The notes under the pieces: generated by a model | The model's input: only the letters and a program-made list of their open reading frames with translations | What the model was told of the DNA's origin: nothing | Databases searched by the model: none | Assembly: GCA_965267575.1 (NCBI GenBank) | Contig: OZ254086.1 | Location: 640,001-704,000, forward strand | Reading direction: 5' to 3' | DNA from: Calditrichales bacterium | GTDB lineage: Bacteria > Calditrichota > Calditrichia > Calditrichales > J004 | DNA: 64,000 bases | Translations under genes and position numbers: made by a program | In this document: piece after piece, positions 39,274-49,317 of the stretch | Numbering within the stretch: the stretch's first letter is position 1 | Layout of the letters: each line of letters begins with the position of its first letter

Positions 39274-41049
39274 TTAAAAATACATCCAGTAGATCAATCC
39301 GATACCAAGAATGCTTACAATAACCTGCAACGGTATGCCAACACGCAGAAAATCGCTGGTATGATAACGACCCGGACCCATCACCATCAGGTTGGTCTGG
39401 TAGCTTATCGGCGTCATAAAACTGGTTGACGCTGCTATGGTTAATGTAAGTATAAATGGCCTTGGGTCCAGACCCATTTCTCCCGCAACTGAAAAAGCGA
39501 CAGGAAAAACCAGCGCTGCCGTGGCGTTGTTGGTCATAACGTTGGTATATAAACTGGCAACCAGAAAAATGCCGGCCATTACGCCGGGCACGCCAAAAAC
39601 ACTGCCCACCGCGATTACACCCCGTGCCAGTGTATCTGCCAGGCCGCTGGCCTGCATAGCTTCGGCAATACCAAAAGCGGAAGCGATGATCAGCAAAACC
39701 CGTACATCGATAGAGGCCTGCGCTTCTTCGCGCGTGATGGTTCCCGTTAACAGCAGGGCCACCACGGCAAGCGCCGCCGCCGGAAAAATATTCATCGCGC
39801 CGCTTACCACCAGCGCTATCATGGTCAGCATAAGGCCGATGGTCAGAATGCCCTGCCAGCGCGGACGTGATCCTATCGGTTCCGACTCCGAGATCAGATA
39901 AAAATCGCGCGAGTGGTACCACTTTTTCTGGAAACCTTTGTGGGCCAGCAGCAGCAGCGTATCGCCCTCCTGCAAAACGATATCCCCGATCTTGCGGCGC
40001 ATGCGTTCGCCGTTGCGGTGAATGGCCACGATGACCGCGTCGTACTGCGCACGGAAGTTGCTGCGGCGGACGTTTTTGCCCACCAGCGGCGAGCTTTTGG
40101 AAATCACCGCCTCATAAGGGCGGATCATCGACGAATCATATTGTTTCAAATCGAAATGCGAGTCTTTCAGCAGCTCCAGCCCCGGTGTTTTCTGCAATTC
40201 AAGGATCGTTTTGGGCAGCCCGGTGAAATACAAGCGGTCACCCGGAAGGATCAATCCATCGGGACGCGCCGGCGCGATCACCCGGCCGTTGCGCTCAATC
40301 TGGAACAAAAACAATCCGTTCAGGTGGCGCAAACCGGCCTGTTCGATTGTTTTACCGACATGGGCGTATTCGTTGGCTACTTTCAGTTCAATTACAAATT
40401 CGCGCGTATCCTCTCCGACGCTTTCAATGAACTCACGATGATCCGGCAAACGGCGGTGGCCATAAAAAATAAGATAGAACAAGCCCACCAACGCGATGGG
40501 AATGCCGATTGGCGCCAGCTCAAACATTTTTAGGCCGGGCATACCAAAATCCAGCATCAAACCGTAAATAATCAGGTTGGTGGATGTGCCGATCAGCGTA
40601 CACATGCCACCCAGAATCGCGGCGAAGCTGACCGGGATCAAAAGCTTGGAACTGGCCGCGCCCGTCCGCTCAGCCCAGGAACGCAACGCCGGGATAAGAA
40701 TGGCCACCAGCGGCGTGTTGTTAATAAAGGCCGAAAAACCGGCCACCGGAAAAAGAACACGGCTGAGCGTGTAGCTCATGGAACGTTCGCTCGAGCCAAA
40801 AAGCGATGTGCTTATTTTGCGTACGAGGCCCGTACTCTGCAGCGCGCCGGCCATGATGAACAGCAACGCGATGGAAAGCATACCCTCGTTGGAAAAACCG
40901 GAAATGGCCGTACGGATATCAATCACGCCACCCAGCATAAGCGCCAGCAAGGATGAAAAAATAATGATCTCTGTCGAAAGCCATTCACGCAACAATGCCG
41001 CGCTCATTAAAACAAGCACGGCCGCCGTAAACCAGAAGTCGAAGCCCAT
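39274..41049 (-). CDS. SLC13 family permease with TrkA-C (RCK_C) domains
   Basis: FINNTPLV, LIGTSTNL, two soluble RCK_C-like segments, TPISYQTNL. Confidence 0.88.
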   Translation of the reverse strand: MGFDFWFTAAVLVLMSAALLREWLSTEIIIFSSLLALMLGGVIDIRTAISGFSNEGMLSIALLFIMAGALQSTGLVRKISTSLFGSSERSMSYTLSRVLFPVAGFSAFINNTPLVAILIPALRSWAERTGAASSKLLIPVSFAAILGGMCTLIGTSTNLIIYGLMLDFGMPGLKMFELAPIGIPIALVGLFYLIFYGHRRLPDHREFIESVGEDTREFVIELKVANEYAHVGKTIEQAGLRHLNGLFLFQIERNGRVIAPARPDGLILPGDRLYFTGLPKTILELQKTPGLELLKDSHFDLKQYDSSMIRPYEAVISKSSPLVGKNVRRSNFRAQYDAVIVAIHRNGERMRRKIGDIVLQEGDTLLLLAHKGFQKKWYHSRDFYLISESEPIGSRPRWQGILTIGLMLTMIALVVSGAMNIFPAAALAVVALLLTGTITREEAQASIDVRVLLIIASAFGIAEAMQASGLADTLARGVIAVGSVFGVPGVMAGIFLVASLYTNVMTNNATAALVFPVAFSVAGEMGLDPRPFILTLTIAASTSFMTPISYQTNLMVMGPGRYHTSDFLRVGIPLQVIVSILGIGLIYWMYF

Positions 41050-41186
41050 AAGTCTCTGTATTATTGGGTGAGATGGAAAATTAGGGGTTGTTGGGGAATG
41101 ATGCTAAAAAATCTTATGGCGGCTGATTCTACTGTGCGACGTCGTTAACGCTGGTCAGCGAATGATTAGGAGAATGAGAAAAAAAA

Positions 41187-42692
41187 TTAACTGACGGGGG
41201 TTGAGCGCAAATAGTAGACCTGCTCCGGCGGAACAATGCGATCAAATATCTCTTCGTTGTGGGAAATAAGCCAGATGCCTTTTCCTTCTTTCTGGCGCTG
41301 GCGGATCTTGTTGATCACTTTGTCGGCGCTGCGCAGATCGAGCCCGTTGAGCGGTTCATCGAGGATCAACACATCGGTATCGAGCACAAGACCGCGCAGA
41401 ATGTTGACGCGCTGTTTTTGTCCACCGCTCAGCCTGCCAATCCGGCGTTCCAGGAAGTCTGCCGGCAGGTTATTGTCAAAGAGGTCCTGCAGGCGGCGCA
41501 GCACTTTGCCTTTATCAACACGGCCGTTACCGGACAGTGCGCGGAACGTGTCCAGCACGCTGGCTTTCTGGTTCAGCGCCTCATCGGCATGCTGGAAAAC
41601 CATGGTGGCGCGTTTGCCCCAAATGTGCCTGCGCCAGAAATCTTCCGCGCTCTTTTCGGAGGCGGTCAAAGGCCCGTACGCCAAAGCCAGCTTCCGTGCG
41701 TTCAACAATCCCAAAGCGAGCTTGGCCACGGTGGTCTTGCCCATGCCGCTGGGCGCTTTCAGGTAAACCATCTCGCCGCGGTGAATGACAAAATCAGTCG
41801 GCTCGCTGTCCGGCTTTTCTTTGTGAAATGTTAGCCGACGGCCAAAAACCTCAATGCCCCCTGCCATGCGCAGCAGTTCCTGTTTTTCGTGAGCGGCACT
41901 CTGCGGCTTATGCTCCTGACGATCCAGCCACTGTAGGTAATCACCCGCCGAAAAATCAAACAGCTTCACCGCCCCGTTTTCTCTGCGCAGCTCCTTGTAA
42001 GTAACAATCTCTTCCAGGTCAGGATGGCTTTCGTGCATTTCGCTGATCATGGAATAGTCGTGGGTGATCAGCAACGCGGTAAACGGCTTGCGGCGATAGC
42101 AATCGGTTAAAAGCTTTAAAAAGCGATTGCGGTAAACATTGTCCAGATTGCCGCTGGGCTCATCAAAGATGAACAAAGCCCCGCGCGTATCTTCTTTGTG
42201 ACGCAGATACTGGTAAATCTTCTTGAAGGCCATCACCAGCAGAACGCGCTGTTTTTCGCCGCCGCTGGGCCGGTGCGGACGCGGATAAACTTCCAGCAAC
42301 TTGTCCAAAAATTGCGGATCGGCGTCTTTCCAGAGACGGGTTAGGATGGTCTTTTCGTCTTTTTGCGGATTGCGTTGCAGCCGGCCCTCGTTAAGCTGTG
42401 TGGAAAGCGGATCCAGGGGGTTAAGGTGCGTGGATGGTTCCTGGAACACGAAAAAGCCATCGCGCTTTAAGCGGCTTACGATATTGCCATTCAGCCACTC
42501 TTCATATGACTTGCCATTCAGAGAAGCCTCCAGCAGCTCCGGATCGAGCAGACCGAAAAGCGCCTTGCTGATCAGTGTTTTACCGATACCGGATTCGCCC
42601 AGAAGGATCGTGATATGGTTGCTGTCCAGTTCAAAGTTTTTTATATCCACAAGCGTCTGTTTGCCGCCGTGAATGGTGATGGAGAATTGCAT
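41187..42692 (-). CDS. ABC transporter ATP-binding protein with two ATPase domains (divergent OppD/F-like)
   Basis: GESGIGKT/PSGGEKQR/FDEP/ITHD and APSGMGKT/LSGGQKQR/LDEP/ISHN. Confidence 0.88.
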   Translation of the reverse strand: MQFSITIHGGKQTLVDIKNFELDSNHITILLGESGIGKTLISKALFGLLDPELLEASLNGKSYEEWLNGNIVSRLKRDGFFVFQEPSTHLNPLDPLSTQLNEGRLQRNPQKDEKTILTRLWKDADPQFLDKLLEVYPRPHRPSGGEKQRVLLVMAFKKIYQYLRHKEDTRGALFIFDEPSGNLDNVYRNRFLKLLTDCYRRKPFTALLITHDYSMISEMHESHPDLEEIVTYKELRRENGAVKLFDFSAGDYLQWLDRQEHKPQSAAHEKQELLRMAGGIEVFGRRLTFHKEKPDSEPTDFVIHRGEMVYLKAPSGMGKTTVAKLALGLLNARKLALAYGPLTASEKSAEDFWRRHIWGKRATMVFQHADEALNQKASVLDTFRALSGNGRVDKGKVLRRLQDLFDNNLPADFLERRIGRLSGGQKQRVNILRGLVLDTDVLILDEPLNGLDLRSADKVINKIRQRQKEGKGIWLISHNEEIFDRIVPPEQVYYLRSTPVS

Positions 42693-42698
42693 TTTTGA

Positions 42699-42738
42699 GT
42701 GCTACAGTAATAGTGTGTTAGGGTGTTAAGGTGCTTTT
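42699..42738. repeat. 8-bp-period array, GTGYTA family, orphan arm
   Basis: GTGCTACA GTAATAGT GTGTTAGG GTGTTAAG GTGCTTTT. Confidence 0.85.
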
Positions 42739-42760
42739 TACTACAGGCATTTATCTTTTA

Positions 42761-42820
42761 TTTGGAAATTGACGTTTGAAATTTGCTTGTTATTTGTGTT
42801 TTGTAATTTGTCCTTTGCTA
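42761..42820. repeat. 7-bp-period array, TTTG family
   Basis: TTTG/ATTG at 42761,768,775,782 and at 42793,800,807,814. Confidence 0.8.
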
Positions 42821-43738
42821 AATATGATACCTTCGGCCAAAACCGTCGGATATCTTGTATATGCAAAGCAGGCTGAAGACAATCAGAAAAGCGACGCTGA
42901 TACCCTGCAGGTGGCGGAAAAACAGCTTTGGCAAATAAAGCGGATTGCTCAGCGTGCGGCCAATGGCCAGAATGTCCTGTTTGCTGTCTATGCGCGCCAG
43001 CATGCTGCCCAGCGTTTCCGGCAAATTTACCGAACTCACCTCCGTCGAAAGGCCCACGGAGATGATAAAATCCACGCTGCACAGCAGAAAAATGGTCATC
43101 CCGAACAAGGCAATCAGCTTATTGAAAATATGTATCCAGCCGTTTTTCCAGAGAACGTCTATGTTGATGATGCGCCATTCCGGCACGTTGCAGACACGCA
43201 TGGCGTTGTAAAAATCGGTGCGCTGAAAATGGGCAATGCGTTCCAGCATCAGGTCGGCAAGCTCCATAAAAACGAACAACCCCACAAAAGCGGCCATCAG
43301 CAAAACGATCGTGACCTGCGAAAGGCCGTCGCCTTGCAGCAGCCGGTTTACAAACACATAGCCGAACAAAATACCCAGTATCTGCGGGATGGAACGCAGC
43401 AGGTTGGCGGCAAAGTTGATCGGGATGTAGAGCCAGCCGTGCAGGTAGTGGCGGCTGTAGTGCAGCGCCATGGTCAAAAGCCAGGCAAGCAACAAGGCCA
43501 CGGCCACGGCCAGAAAGCCAATCAGCAAGGTATTAAAAAAGGCCGCCTCCAGCCGCCCGCGCGCCGGGTCGTTAAGAAAAAAGAGATTCCACATCCACAG
43601 TGCCAGCAAGCCGCCCAGCCAGATCAGCGTCCAGAGTTTGTCGCGATCGTTGCGCAGCAGCGGCCACCATTTTTGCCACAGGTTTTGCAGCTTTTTAAAC
43701 CAAGGCGCTTTTTTTAGTTTTTGTATCTGCCGCATCAT
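42818..43738 (-). CDS. divergent ABC permease (OppC/DppC-like)
   Basis: About 6 TM helices; RSIP, EAA-like [18 protein letters not shown]. Confidence 0.65.
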   Translation of the reverse strand: MMRQIQKLKKAPWFKKLQNLWQKWWPLLRNDRDKLWTLIWLGGLLALWMWNLFFLNDPARGRLEAAFFNTLLIGFLAVAVALLLAWLLTMALHYSRHYLHGWLYIPINFAANLLRSIPQILGILFGYVFVNRLLQGDGLSQVTIVLLMAAFVGLFVFMELADLMLERIAHFQRTDFYNAMRVCNVPEWRIINIDVLWKNGWIHIFNKLIALFGMTIFLLCSVDFIISVGLSTEVSSVNLPETLGSMLARIDSKQDILAIGRTLSNPLYLPKLFFRHLQGISVAFLIVFSLLCIYKISDGFGRRYHI

Positions 43739-45426
43739 ACACGCACGTTCTTTAGGGCCTTGATCAGTGATTTGAACTGTTTTTCATCCAGCGCCTGCTC
43801 GGCGTCGCTAAGCGCGGTGGCGGGATTGAAGTGTACTTCCACCATAATGCCGTCAGCGCCCACGGCAAAGGCGGCTTTAGACACCGGCTCGATCAACGTG
43901 CTGATGCCGGTGGCGTGGCTGGGATCGACAATGACCGGAAGGTGCGTTTTCTGTTTCAGCAGCGGCACGGCGCTAATGTCCAGCGTGTTGCGCGTGGCCG
44001 TTTCGAATGTGCGGATGCCCCGCTCGCACAACACGACATGCGGATTGCCCTTGGCCAGAATATATTCCGCCGAGAGCAACAATTCTTTCACAGTCGCCAT
44101 CATGCCGCGTTTCAACAGCACCGGCTTTTGCGTTTTGCCCACTTCTTGCAGCAGCACAAAATTCTGCATATTGCGCGCGCCGATTTGCAGCATATCCGCA
44201 TATCGGGCCACTATTTCCACATCATCCGGTGAAATGACTTCGGTGATGACCGGCATGTTGAAAGCGTCGCCCGCTTCGCGCAGCAGCTTCAGCCCCTCCA
44301 TGCCCAGGCCCTGGAAACTGTATGGACTGGTGCGCGGCTTAAAGGCTCCGCCACGCAGCATCTGCGCGCCCTGCTCCGATACGATCTTGGCCGATTCCAT
44401 CATCTGGTGGCGTCCCTCCACGCTGCAGGGTCCGGCCATAACCACAAATCCGCCGCCGCCAATCGTCACATTCCCGATTTTTATTTTTGTTGGCGTGTTT
44501 TGTTTTTCCAAACTGTACAACGGCGCATTGTCGTCTTTGCGCGCTTTGGAGGAACCGGCACGCGTCTCAAAATCCTGCCCCGGCAGATACTTGGGGTAAG
44601 AGCCCAGCACGTGCAAAAAACCGGACATCTTTTTGACCTCGTTCAGCGCCACATGGATATTCTCGTCGTGGGCGTGCCCGTCCAGATCCACAAAGAAAAT
44701 GTATTTCCAGGGCTCGGTCTTGTGCGGGCGCGAGGTCAGCATGGTCATGTTGACATCATGTTTTTCGAAAACGGCCAGCATTTTATAAAGCATGCCCGGC
44801 TGGTCCAGCGTGTTAAATACCGCCGTCACTTTCCACGGCGTGTACTCATCGTTTTCAAGCTGGATTGTTTCCGCCGTAACCAGTACAAAGCGGGTTTGAT
44901 TGTGGGGGTAGTCCTCGATGCGCTCGTGCAGAACATTGAGCCCGTACAGCCCGGCGGATTCCGCGCTGGCAATCGCGGCCGTATCGGTCAGCTTTTTCTC
45001 GGCGATCAGCTTGGCGCTGCCGGCCGTGTCGTAGGTCGGGATGATCTCGGCCTTGTCATAGCGGCGCATGAAAACCTCGCATTGCGACAGCGCCGCGGGA
45101 TGCGAAAAGATCTTGCGGATCGATTTAGCCGTTACCCCGGGATAGGCCAGCAAGTTGTGGTTAATCGGGATGATCACCTCTTTGAGTATGGTCAGCTTAT
45201 TTTCCAGCAACAGGTCATAAGTATGCGTAATATTTCCGATGATGCTGTTATCGATCGGCAGCAAACCGTAGGTGACGGCGCCTTTCTTCATGGCATCCAC
45301 AACATCATAAGAAGTGCGGAAGGGGATCTTCTCAATAGCCGTTTCGCCGTACAAATGATCCAGGGCCTTTTCGCTGTATGCGCCTTTCTCACCCTGGTAG
45401 CCAATTTTTTTAGGACTGTTGGACAT
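43735..45426 (-). CDS. prephenate dehydratase-ACT fused to a type Ibeta DAHP synthase
   Basis: [27 protein letters not shown] domain; then [37 protein letters not shown]; start set at MSNSPK with GAGGAG RBS. Confidence 0.9.
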   Translation of the reverse strand: MSNSPKKIGYQGEKGAYSEKALDHLYGETAIEKIPFRTSYDVVDAMKKGAVTYGLLPIDNSIIGNITHTYDLLLENKLTILKEVIIPINHNLLAYPGVTAKSIRKIFSHPAALSQCEVFMRRYDKAEIIPTYDTAGSAKLIAEKKLTDTAAIASAESAGLYGLNVLHERIEDYPHNQTRFVLVTAETIQLENDEYTPWKVTAVFNTLDQPGMLYKMLAVFEKHDVNMTMLTSRPHKTEPWKYIFFVDLDGHAHDENIHVALNEVKKMSGFLHVLGSYPKYLPGQDFETRAGSSKARKDDNAPLYSLEKQNTPTKIKIGNVTIGGGGFVVMAGPCSVEGRHQMMESAKIVSEQGAQMLRGGAFKPRTSPYSFQGLGMEGLKLLREAGDAFNMPVITEVISPDDVEIVARYADMLQIGARNMQNFVLLQEVGKTQKPVLLKRGMMATVKELLLSAEYILAKGNPHVVLCERGIRTFETATRNTLDISAVPLLKQKTHLPVIVDPSHATGISTLIEPVSKAAFAVGADGIMVEVHFNPATALSDAEQALDEKQFKSLIKALKNVRV

Positions 45427-45463
45427 GCTCTCCTCGGTGGAATGAATTGATGAATTAGTTACT

Positions 45464-45562
45464 GTCTCGGAGTCTGGAAGTCCGGAAGTCAAAAGTCGTA
45501 AAATCACTTGCGAGCGCATGACTCCCTGACCGCAAGAGCCCGGGACCTCATGACTTCAAGAC
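45464..45562. repeat. ORF-less inverted pair of 8-bp-period GTC/GAC arrays
   Basis: GTC at 45464,472,480,488,495 (ATC 45503); GAC at 45520,528,(GAG 536),544,552,560. Confidence 0.88.
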
Positions 45563-45572
45563 CCAACTCCGT

Positions 45573-46697
45573 TTACTTTTCCATTTTTCTTGTATCGCGC
45601 AGCGTCCAGGCATCCACGGCTATTTCCGTAGCCTTGATCAGCCAGTAAATGCCCATCACGATGAGCGCGCTGAGCGCCCATTCATTGTACAGAATGTATT
45701 GCAGCAACTCATAGCAAAGATGGTCCTGGATATTCAGCGCCATCTCGATGATGATCAATCCGCTGATTAAAAATGAAGCCTGCTCTTTCAACGTGGCCCG
45801 GTATTGCCAGGCGGCGTTGCGGAAAATATGATCAAACACGTGACCGTGAAAGCGCTTGCGCCAGTGCAGCACATTTTTTTTGGCGATGCCTCCCGGTCTG
45901 TCCCAGCCCCAATCATGATCCATGTTTTTAACAAGCGCCGTTTCCACATAGCCGCGGCGGCTCTCGCCCTGCAGAAACGTGTAAAATTTATGGGCATAGG
46001 TGATCAGCATGGCATTGGAAACAACACCAAGCAAGATCATAAACAGCGCGAAATCGGTATCGAAGCGGGTGCGGAAACTGTATGCTATCACGTAGGCCGG
46101 TGCAAAAAGCAGTAAATAAGCCGCGCCTTTGGCGATTGCCTTTAGCCCCAGAATAGCGGCCGGCCGGTAGTGCAGCAGTAATTTTTTCCAGTCTGCCTTG
46201 CGGGGCCGCGCTTTTTGCCAGAAACGCACAAATTGTACGCTATAGGGCTGCGCTTTTTGACGATGCCGCAGAAAGCGCCACGTGCCCAACGTTTGCACGC
46301 CGTAGGTCGTTATAAGCAGCGTGATTATAAATATGATGGCAAATTTGATATACATGCCCAGCAACCGGCTTACTTTCCCGGCACTTACCACGCCGCTGCT
46401 CACTTCGCCCGAGGCGCTGCGCAACACCTGCTGCCGGCGGTACTGCTCAATCTCCGCCAGCAGATCGGCATGATCCGCTTTGTGGCCCGGTTCGTAGATG
46501 TCCATCATATCTTTCCACAGCGCGCGCTGAAAGGGGTCGTTCCAATCGATATACTCTTTGTCCAGCCACTCTTTTACGGCTTTGTTGGCGGTTTGCTGTT
46601 TATGAAGAGCTTCACTGTGAAACCAGCGCGCAAACAACAGTAAGACAAGCGTTACCAGCGCCAGTTGCAAAAGATGCTGTCCAAGCAGTTTCTTCAC
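45573..46697 (-). CDS. divergent ABC permease (OppB/DppB-like)
   Basis: Several TM helices; GYVETALVKN, HIFRNA, SGLIIIEMAL; GTG start overlaps the upstream stop. Confidence 0.65.
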   Translation of the reverse strand: MKKLLGQHLLQLALVTLVLLLFARWFHSEALHKQQTANKAVKEWLDKEYIDWNDPFQRALWKDMMDIYEPGHKADHADLLAEIEQYRRQQVLRSASGEVSSGVVSAGKVSRLLGMYIKFAIIFIITLLITTYGVQTLGTWRFLRHRQKAQPYSVQFVRFWQKARPRKADWKKLLLHYRPAAILGLKAIAKGAAYLLLFAPAYVIAYSFRTRFDTDFALFMILLGVVSNAMLITYAHKFYTFLQGESRRGYVETALVKNMDHDWGWDRPGGIAKKNVLHWRKRFHGHVFDHIFRNAAWQYRATLKEQASFLISGLIIIEMALNIQDHLCYELLQYILYNEWALSALIVMGIYWLIKATEIAVDAWTLRDTRKMEK

Positions 46698-47536
46698 AGC
46701 TCCTCCCGCGCCACAACGATACGGCTTTGCTCGCTGTAAACATACCAGGGCCGGCCAATCAGCAGCGTCTCGATGGAGAGGATAAGTTGCCGCGTGCTGG
46801 CGCCAAGCTGCTCTGTGTACGAGGCCGGTTGCAACTCAATATCGATGCGACCTTCGCTTTCAGTTACGCTCCAGTGCGGCGCGTTTCTGTCCTGCCGGAA
46901 GCGGCTGTTGAAATGGTGCACGAAGCTCCCGTAAGCGTCGTTGGCTTTATCAATAGCTTCACGGATCTGATTAACAAGCATTGAATCTTCCACTGCGGCC
47001 GGGACAGTTTTTACACCTGTTTCTTTCGCCACGGGCTCGCCAAAAGAAGTTCCCGCAGCAAGCCAGCCGTAATCGCCGCTGTCCAGCCTTCGGGCAAACC
47101 AGTAGCCTTTCTCTTTCCAAAGCCGGACCACCTCCGTCCCCCCGGGCAGCAGGCGCCTTTGTTCTCCATCCGCCTCCTGAAAAAAATCACCGGCCGCAGC
47201 TACGTTCAGGGTGTCGTTCTGCATGGTCTGTTCTTCAACGAGGATGCCCGCTGCCGGCGGGGCGCCATTACCTTCAAGCTTCAGGAAAAAGTCGCGGTTT
47301 TGCCAGCGCAACCGCATCACCCGGGTAAAGCCGTCGGCCAGCGTCAGGTCGCGCTGCACAATGCGCCAGGGCGTGTTGCGGGGCAAAGCGGCTTTGTCCA
47401 CATCGCTCATATTCTGTTGGTAGCGATCCAGAAAAGCGAACTGCAGCGGATCGGGGGTAATAAAAAAATCGGCCTTCTCCGCGGCGAAGACCGATTGAAC
47501 AATCAGCAAAATAAAAAGCAGTTTTTTCAAAGGCAT
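46694..47536 (-). CDS. exported hypothetical protein (possible SH3-like segment)
   Basis: Signal peptide ending VFA; YWFARRLDSGDYGWL. Confidence 0.65.
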   Translation of the reverse strand: MPLKKLLFILLIVQSVFAAEKADFFITPDPLQFAFLDRYQQNMSDVDKAALPRNTPWRIVQRDLTLADGFTRVMRLRWQNRDFFLKLEGNGAPPAAGILVEEQTMQNDTLNVAAAGDFFQEADGEQRRLLPGGTEVVRLWKEKGYWFARRLDSGDYGWLAAGTSFGEPVAKETGVKTVPAAVEDSMLVNQIREAIDKANDAYGSFVHHFNSRFRQDRNAPHWSVTESEGRIDIELQPASYTEQLGASTRQLILSIETLLIGRPWYVYSEQSRIVVAREEL

Positions 47537-47558
47537 TAGGCTTCCCTGCGCATTTGGC

Positions 47559-49295
47559 TCAATCCTTTTTCTCCTGCCATTTCTCGATAGTGGAAAGCTG
47601 CGAAGCTACCCCGTACAGATCGATGGCTTGTTCATCAAACTGGCGCGAGAAATAGGCCGTACTGGGCAGCGAGAACAGCCAGCTTCCCAGTGCCAGGTCC
47701 TGGTCCAGCAAATCGATGCGTTGCGCGTAGACCTGGCGGTCGCCCACTTCGCGGGTGGACATAAAGCCGTAAATGTAGTCCAACAGCGTGTACACATCCT
47801 GATAGTCCGGCCCCTGGCGGCCAAGGTCGAGGCGGAAGAAATTGTTGTTCCCGCTGAACGACTGCGTATTGAAAGTGCGGCTGCCGCGCCCGTCGGAATC
47901 GGTAACCAGGTTGATCTGATGAATGGAGAGGTCGGGTTCGCGCAGGAAGACGTTATACAAATCGAAAAAGAAGTTGCTGCTGTAGCCGCTAAAGGCAATC
48001 AAAAGCGCATCATAATTTCCGTTTTTGATTACATCATTGGAAACGGCACGGGCGCGCAGCTTGCCGTTAAAAAGCGAGCGGTCATTCAAAATTTCCAGCA
48101 GCTCGCCATATTCCTCGCGGTAGCCGTAATTGAGGTTGGCCACCACCTGAACGGAATCGGGCAGTATCGCAAGATTGGCCTGGCCCTGGTCGCGCAGCGG
48201 CATAACAATGTCCTCTTCCACATAATACGAGGTCGAAGGGAAAATGCTGTGGTTCAGGTAATCGCCGTAGTTATCACGATTGCCTTTGTAGTCGCTGATG
48301 TGCCGTTGCTGCGGCGTACCCACCTTGTAAAAGCGCTCGATGATCGTGCGGTTGTTGATCAGTGCGCGCAAAGACTGGCGCTGTTCACGATCCAGGCGCT
48401 CCGTGTTAAAGAGCAGCGCGAAAAAGGTGTTGCTGATATTCGATTTGTGGAAGAAATCCGATGTGTCTTCGAGGATCGGGGACAGGGCGCCAAACGGCGT
48501 ACTCAGCAAAACGTTGATATTATTGTTGCTCAGCTCGGTGGTGTAGGTGCTGTTGTCCACAAAGGGGCGCAAACGCACAAAATCAACAGCGGCCACACCT
48601 GCGGGATTTTTATAAAAATCGGTCACTTCCGCGGCCGGCTGAATGGCCATGTAGGGCCCGGTGCCGGTGCGATAGATACCACCGACCATCTCGGAGGTGT
48701 AAGGCAATATCTTGAAAGAGAGCATCTCCTTGATATCGTCGGTGCTCCAGTCGCGAATCGGCTTGAATTTAAACTTGATCTCGTTGTTGGCGTCCGGACC
48801 GCTGAAATCCAGCTGCTCCAGGGATTGGGTCAGCAGAAGGTAATCCGGCGAGAGGCTGCCCAGGCGTTGAATACGGCGCAGCGTAAAGCGCAGATCTTGT
48901 GCCGTAAACAAAACCTGCTTGGTATCGCTTATACTTACATTGCCATCTTCATCCACGTTTACCAGGTAGCTGTTGTGCCATTTTTGCTGCGGCTTCAAGC
49001 GTACCGTCACCACAAAATCCGGCGAAACATCAACCAACTCGCCCAGCCCGTCTTCATAGGTGATGCCGCTGGGGTTGGCCGATACATTAAACAGTCCGTC
49101 AAAAACCACTTCATCCAGTTTATCGGACAGCTCGATGGAACTGGGCAAATGCGGATCCACTTTAGGCGGCTGGTGGCTGATAAAAGGTATTACAATCTGA
49201 TCATCAAGGTTTTTCCACGGTGCCCAAATGAACAGTACAACAGCGGCAATTACAACCACCGCGGCACCGCCGATTATCCAAATCTTCTTATTCAT
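47559..49295 (-). CDS. membrane-anchored solute-binding protein, family 5-like (divergent)
   Basis: N-terminal TM anchor; VFDGLF, FTAQDLRFTL, GTGPY, LLFN motifs. Confidence 0.7.
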   Translation of the reverse strand: MNKKIWIIGGAAVVVIAAVVLFIWAPWKNLDDQIVIPFISHQPPKVDPHLPSSIELSDKLDEVVFDGLFNVSANPSGITYEDGLGELVDVSPDFVVTVRLKPQQKWHNSYLVNVDEDGNVSISDTKQVLFTAQDLRFTLRRIQRLGSLSPDYLLLTQSLEQLDFSGPDANNEIKFKFKPIRDWSTDDIKEMLSFKILPYTSEMVGGIYRTGTGPYMAIQPAAEVTDFYKNPAGVAAVDFVRLRPFVDNSTYTTELSNNNINVLLSTPFGALSPILEDTSDFFHKSNISNTFFALLFNTERLDREQRQSLRALINNRTIIERFYKVGTPQQRHISDYKGNRDNYGDYLNHSIFPSTSYYVEEDIVMPLRDQGQANLAILPDSVQVVANLNYGYREEYGELLEILNDRSLFNGKLRARAVSNDVIKNGNYDALLIAFSGYSSNFFFDLYNVFLREPDLSIHQINLVTDSDGRGSRTFNTQSFSGNNNFFRLDLGRQGPDYQDVYTLLDYIYGFMSTREVGDRQVYAQRIDLLDQDLALGSWLFSLPSTAYFSRQFDEQAIDLYGVASQLSTIEKWQEKKD

Positions 49296-49317
49296 ATTCG
49301 TCTCCTTCAGGCGGTTG

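Noticed and set aside
41080-41186. GAATGA-like repeats upstream of the SLC13/TrkA-C gene
   Set aside because: Three scattered copies with no constant period.
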